A stretch of DNA of 51,961 nt from Muribaculaceae bacterium (GTDB lineage Bacteria; Bacteroidota; Bacteroidia; Bacteroidales; Muribaculaceae), in assembly GCA_036308365.1 (NCBI GenBank), contig JAXJVW010000113.1:1-51961 (forward strand). The letters run 5' to 3'. Below are positions 50,312 through 51,961 of the stretch, piece by piece (the stretch's first letter is position 1; each line of letters starts with the position of its first letter). A program made the translations under genes and the position numbers. The notes beneath the pieces are model-generated. The model did no database searches, was not told where the DNA came from, and saw only the letters and a program-made list of their open reading frames with translations.

Positions 50312-50384
50312 GGCGATTTAGTGTAGTGGCCTAGCACGCCACCCTCTCACGGTGGAGACCCGGGTTCGATTCCCGGATTCGCTA
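50312..50384 (+). tRNA. tRNA-Glu (anticodon CUC), no encoded CCA
   Basis: Manual cloverleaf. Acceptor stem GGCGAUU/AUUCGCU. D arm GUGU-AGUGGCCUA-GCAC. Anticodon arm CCACC-CUCUCAC-GGUGG, with anticodon CUC at 50346-50348. A 4-nt variable loop AGAC is typical of tRNA-Glu. T arm CCGGG-UUCGAUU-CCCGG, discriminator A. The acceptor stem has G1-U72 and a U6-U67 mismatch. Confidence 0.8.
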
Positions 50385-50389
50385 CAACC

Positions 50390-50425
50390 AACAGGCTGAC
50401 TCAAATAGGGTTAGCCTGTTTTTTT
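50390..50425 (+). terminator. Intrinsic terminator after the tRNA (aacaggctgac / gttagcctgtt + ttttt)
   Basis: 11-bp stem with one G-U pair, a 9-nt loop and a T-run at 50421-50425. Confidence 0.75.
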
Positions 50426-50528
50426 CAATATAGAAACCGACAAACCATGCGTCAGTCGGCATCGTCCACAACCATCCAGAAACCGACAAACACCCCATCA
50501 GCCCAAGCCCCTAATAAAACCTATCAGC

Positions 50529-51068
50529 ATGACACAATTCAACTCCATGCAAGCCGTAAAACGCAAATTCTTCGCACTACGCAACGGAATCATCGCCGAC
50601 ACAATAAGAAAAGCGGGTGCAAACTACAAAATCATTTTCGGCCTGAACATGCCTCAACTGATTGAAATTGCGGAATCGATCGGGCACAACCCGCAACTCG
50701 CCGACGATCTGTGGAACAACAAATCGACCCGCGAATCAATGCTGCTCGCACCAATGCTGATGGACCCCGCCACACTAAGCCGCGAAACAGCCTCGCTCTG
50801 GGCCACGCAAGCACCAACCACAGAGGTATCCGACATTCTGTGTCACAGACTTTTACGCCACACGCCCTATGCCCTCGAGCTCGCCAAAGAACTCGCATCA
50901 CACCCCGACCCGGCAGTTAGATACACAGCCATACGCCTGCTTTTCAACCTTTTACCGACATCAAAAAACATCGCCCGCGACATATGCCAAAAAGAAATCG
51001 ACCGGCAATCAAACCAAACAAAGGCAATTGCAACGCGGTTACTTGATGAATTGGATTTTTTTGAGTAA
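50529..51068 (+). CDS. DNA alkylation repair (AlkD-like HEAT-repeat) protein, short form
   Basis: All-helical repeat sequence with a pattern reminiscent of COG4912 proteins (FGLNMPQLIEIAESIG...LWNNKSTRESMLLAP). The family call is tentative. Confidence 0.55.
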   Translation: MTQFNSMQAVKRKFFALRNGIIADTIRKAGANYKIIFGLNMPQLIEIAESIGHNPQLADDLWNNKSTRESMLLAPMLMDPATLSRETASLWATQAPTTEVSDILCHRLLRHTPYALELAKELASHPDPAVRYTAIRLLFNLLPTSKNIARDICQKEIDRQSNQTKAIATRLLDELDFFE

Positions 51069-51073
51069 TTTTG
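51066..51073 (+). promoter_or_regulatory. -7 promoter box (taattttg) upstream of dxr
   Basis: Exact TAnnTTTG match that overlaps the upstream stop codon, 33 nt before the ATG at 51107. Confidence 0.45.
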
Positions 51074-51106
51074 TAACTGGAATTACACCATTGATTCTAA
51101 CCAGAA

Positions 51107-51961
51107 ATGACCACTCAAAAAAGAATAGCAATACTCGGGTCAACCGGATCCATAGGAACACAGTCGCTCGACGTGATAGCCCAGTACCCCGACAGGTTCA
51201 AGGCCACCGTGCTCATCGCGGGCACACGTGTCGACACTTTAATCCAGCAAGCACTCCGTTTCAAACCGCAATGGGCGATTATAGCCGACAAATCACTCTA
51301 CTGGAAACTGCGTGACGCCCTCGAACCACTCGGGATCAGAACCGCCGCCGGGCAGGACGCCATTAACGACGGCATGATGCTCGACTGCTTCGACACCGTC
51401 GTCACAGCCACCGTGGGCTACAGCGGCCTGACACCAACCCTCCGCGCTATCAACGCCGGTAAACAGATAGCCCTGGCCAACAAGGAAACCCTTGTGGTGG
51501 CAGGCGACATTGTGTGCGACGCCCTCGCCAACTCAACCTCAACCCTCCTGCCGGTTGATTCGGAACACTCCGCAATCTATCAATGTCTGCAAGGTGAAGA
51601 CCCCAACCGTCTGCGCAAAGTCATAATCACCGCTTCAGGAGGTCCGTTCAGAACCTTCACTGCCCAACAAATCGAGTCAGTGACCGTTAACGACGCCCTG
51701 CGCCACCCAAACTGGAGCATGGGAGCAAAAATCACCATCGACTCAGCAACCATGCTCAACAAAGCCTTAGAAATAATCGAGGCACGCTGGCTCTTCAACC
51801 TCAAGCCCTCTCAAATCGAGCCTATTGTGCACCCACAGTCAATCATCCACTCAATGGTTGAATTCATGGACGGAGCCGTGAAGGCACAGTTGGGCATACC
51901 CGACATGAAGCTCCCGATCAGATATGCCTTGGGCGACACCTTCCGTCTGGACGCCCCCGAC
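51107..51961 (+). CDS. dxr: 1-deoxy-D-xylulose 5-phosphate reductoisomerase Dxr, 3'-truncated by window edge
   Basis: Absent from the ORF track because it has no stop within the window. My translation gives MTTQKRIAILGSTGSIGTQSLDVIAQYPDRF..., then LANKETLVVAG, LPVDSEHSAI, ITASGGPFR, HPNWSMG and LNKALEIIEA. Confidence 0.95.
   Translation, partial: MTTQKRIAILGSTGSIGTQSLDVIAQYPDRFKATVLIAGTRVDTLIQQALRFKPQWAIIADKSLYWKLRDALEPLGIRTAAGQDAINDGMMLDCFDTVVTATVGYSGLTPTLRAINAGKQIALANKETLVVAGDIVCDALANSTSTLLPVDSEHSAIYQCLQGEDPNRLRKVIITASGGPFRTFTAQQIESVTVNDALRHPNWSMGAKITIDSATMLNKALEIIEARWLFNLKPSQIEPIVHPQSIIHSMVEFMDGAVKAQLGIPDMKLPIRYALGDTFRLDAPD

Noticed and set aside
1-51961. Search for CRISPR arrays, IS elements or transposases, integrases, prophage genes, rRNA, and toxin-antitoxin or restriction-modification modules
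   Set aside because: I recognised none. The only repeats are short local duplications (2791-2826, 8871-8914, 24928-24997, 48389-48411). No gene product resembles a mobile-element or defence protein. The window therefore appears to be ordinary core genome.

Overview
This 51.9-kb window reads as core chromosome of a Bacteroidota (Bacteroidales-like) bacterium. The phylum call rests on four things: recurrent TAnnTTTG '-7' promoter boxes with no Shine-Dalgarno sequences, type IX secretion parts (PorQ and a cargo protein with a C-terminal sorting domain), a fused MurF/alanine racemase, and a long SecA tail. I call 47 protein genes, including 5'-truncated secA at the left edge and 3'-truncated dxr at the right edge (dxr is absent from the ORF track), plus one tRNA-Glu(CUC). 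Most genes are housekeeping: secA, uvrA, prmA, queA, xpt, folD, ffh, panCD, recR, cmk, ispH, pyrKD, dnaA and dxr. Many sit in tightly overlapping, apparently translationally coupled chains. I see no transposase or integrase, no CRISPR array, no rRNA and no recognisable defence island, and I cannot honestly claim a new multi-gene system here. Five observations deserve a second look. (1) A hemerythrin/RIC-like sensor ORF and a LuxR-type HTH ORF lie in the same frame, separated by one TAG that falls inside a conserved hemerythrin helix motif. (2) A 13-codon uORF, a tandem repeat and stem-loops precede an ABC-F ATPase. (3) The tRNA-Glu has an imperfect acceptor stem, and a perfect complement to its 3' strand sits in the 5' leader. 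(4) At least four promoters are probably leaderless. (5) An fsr-type transporter lies near dxr and ispH. All product calls come from motif recognition by eye; no searches were run.
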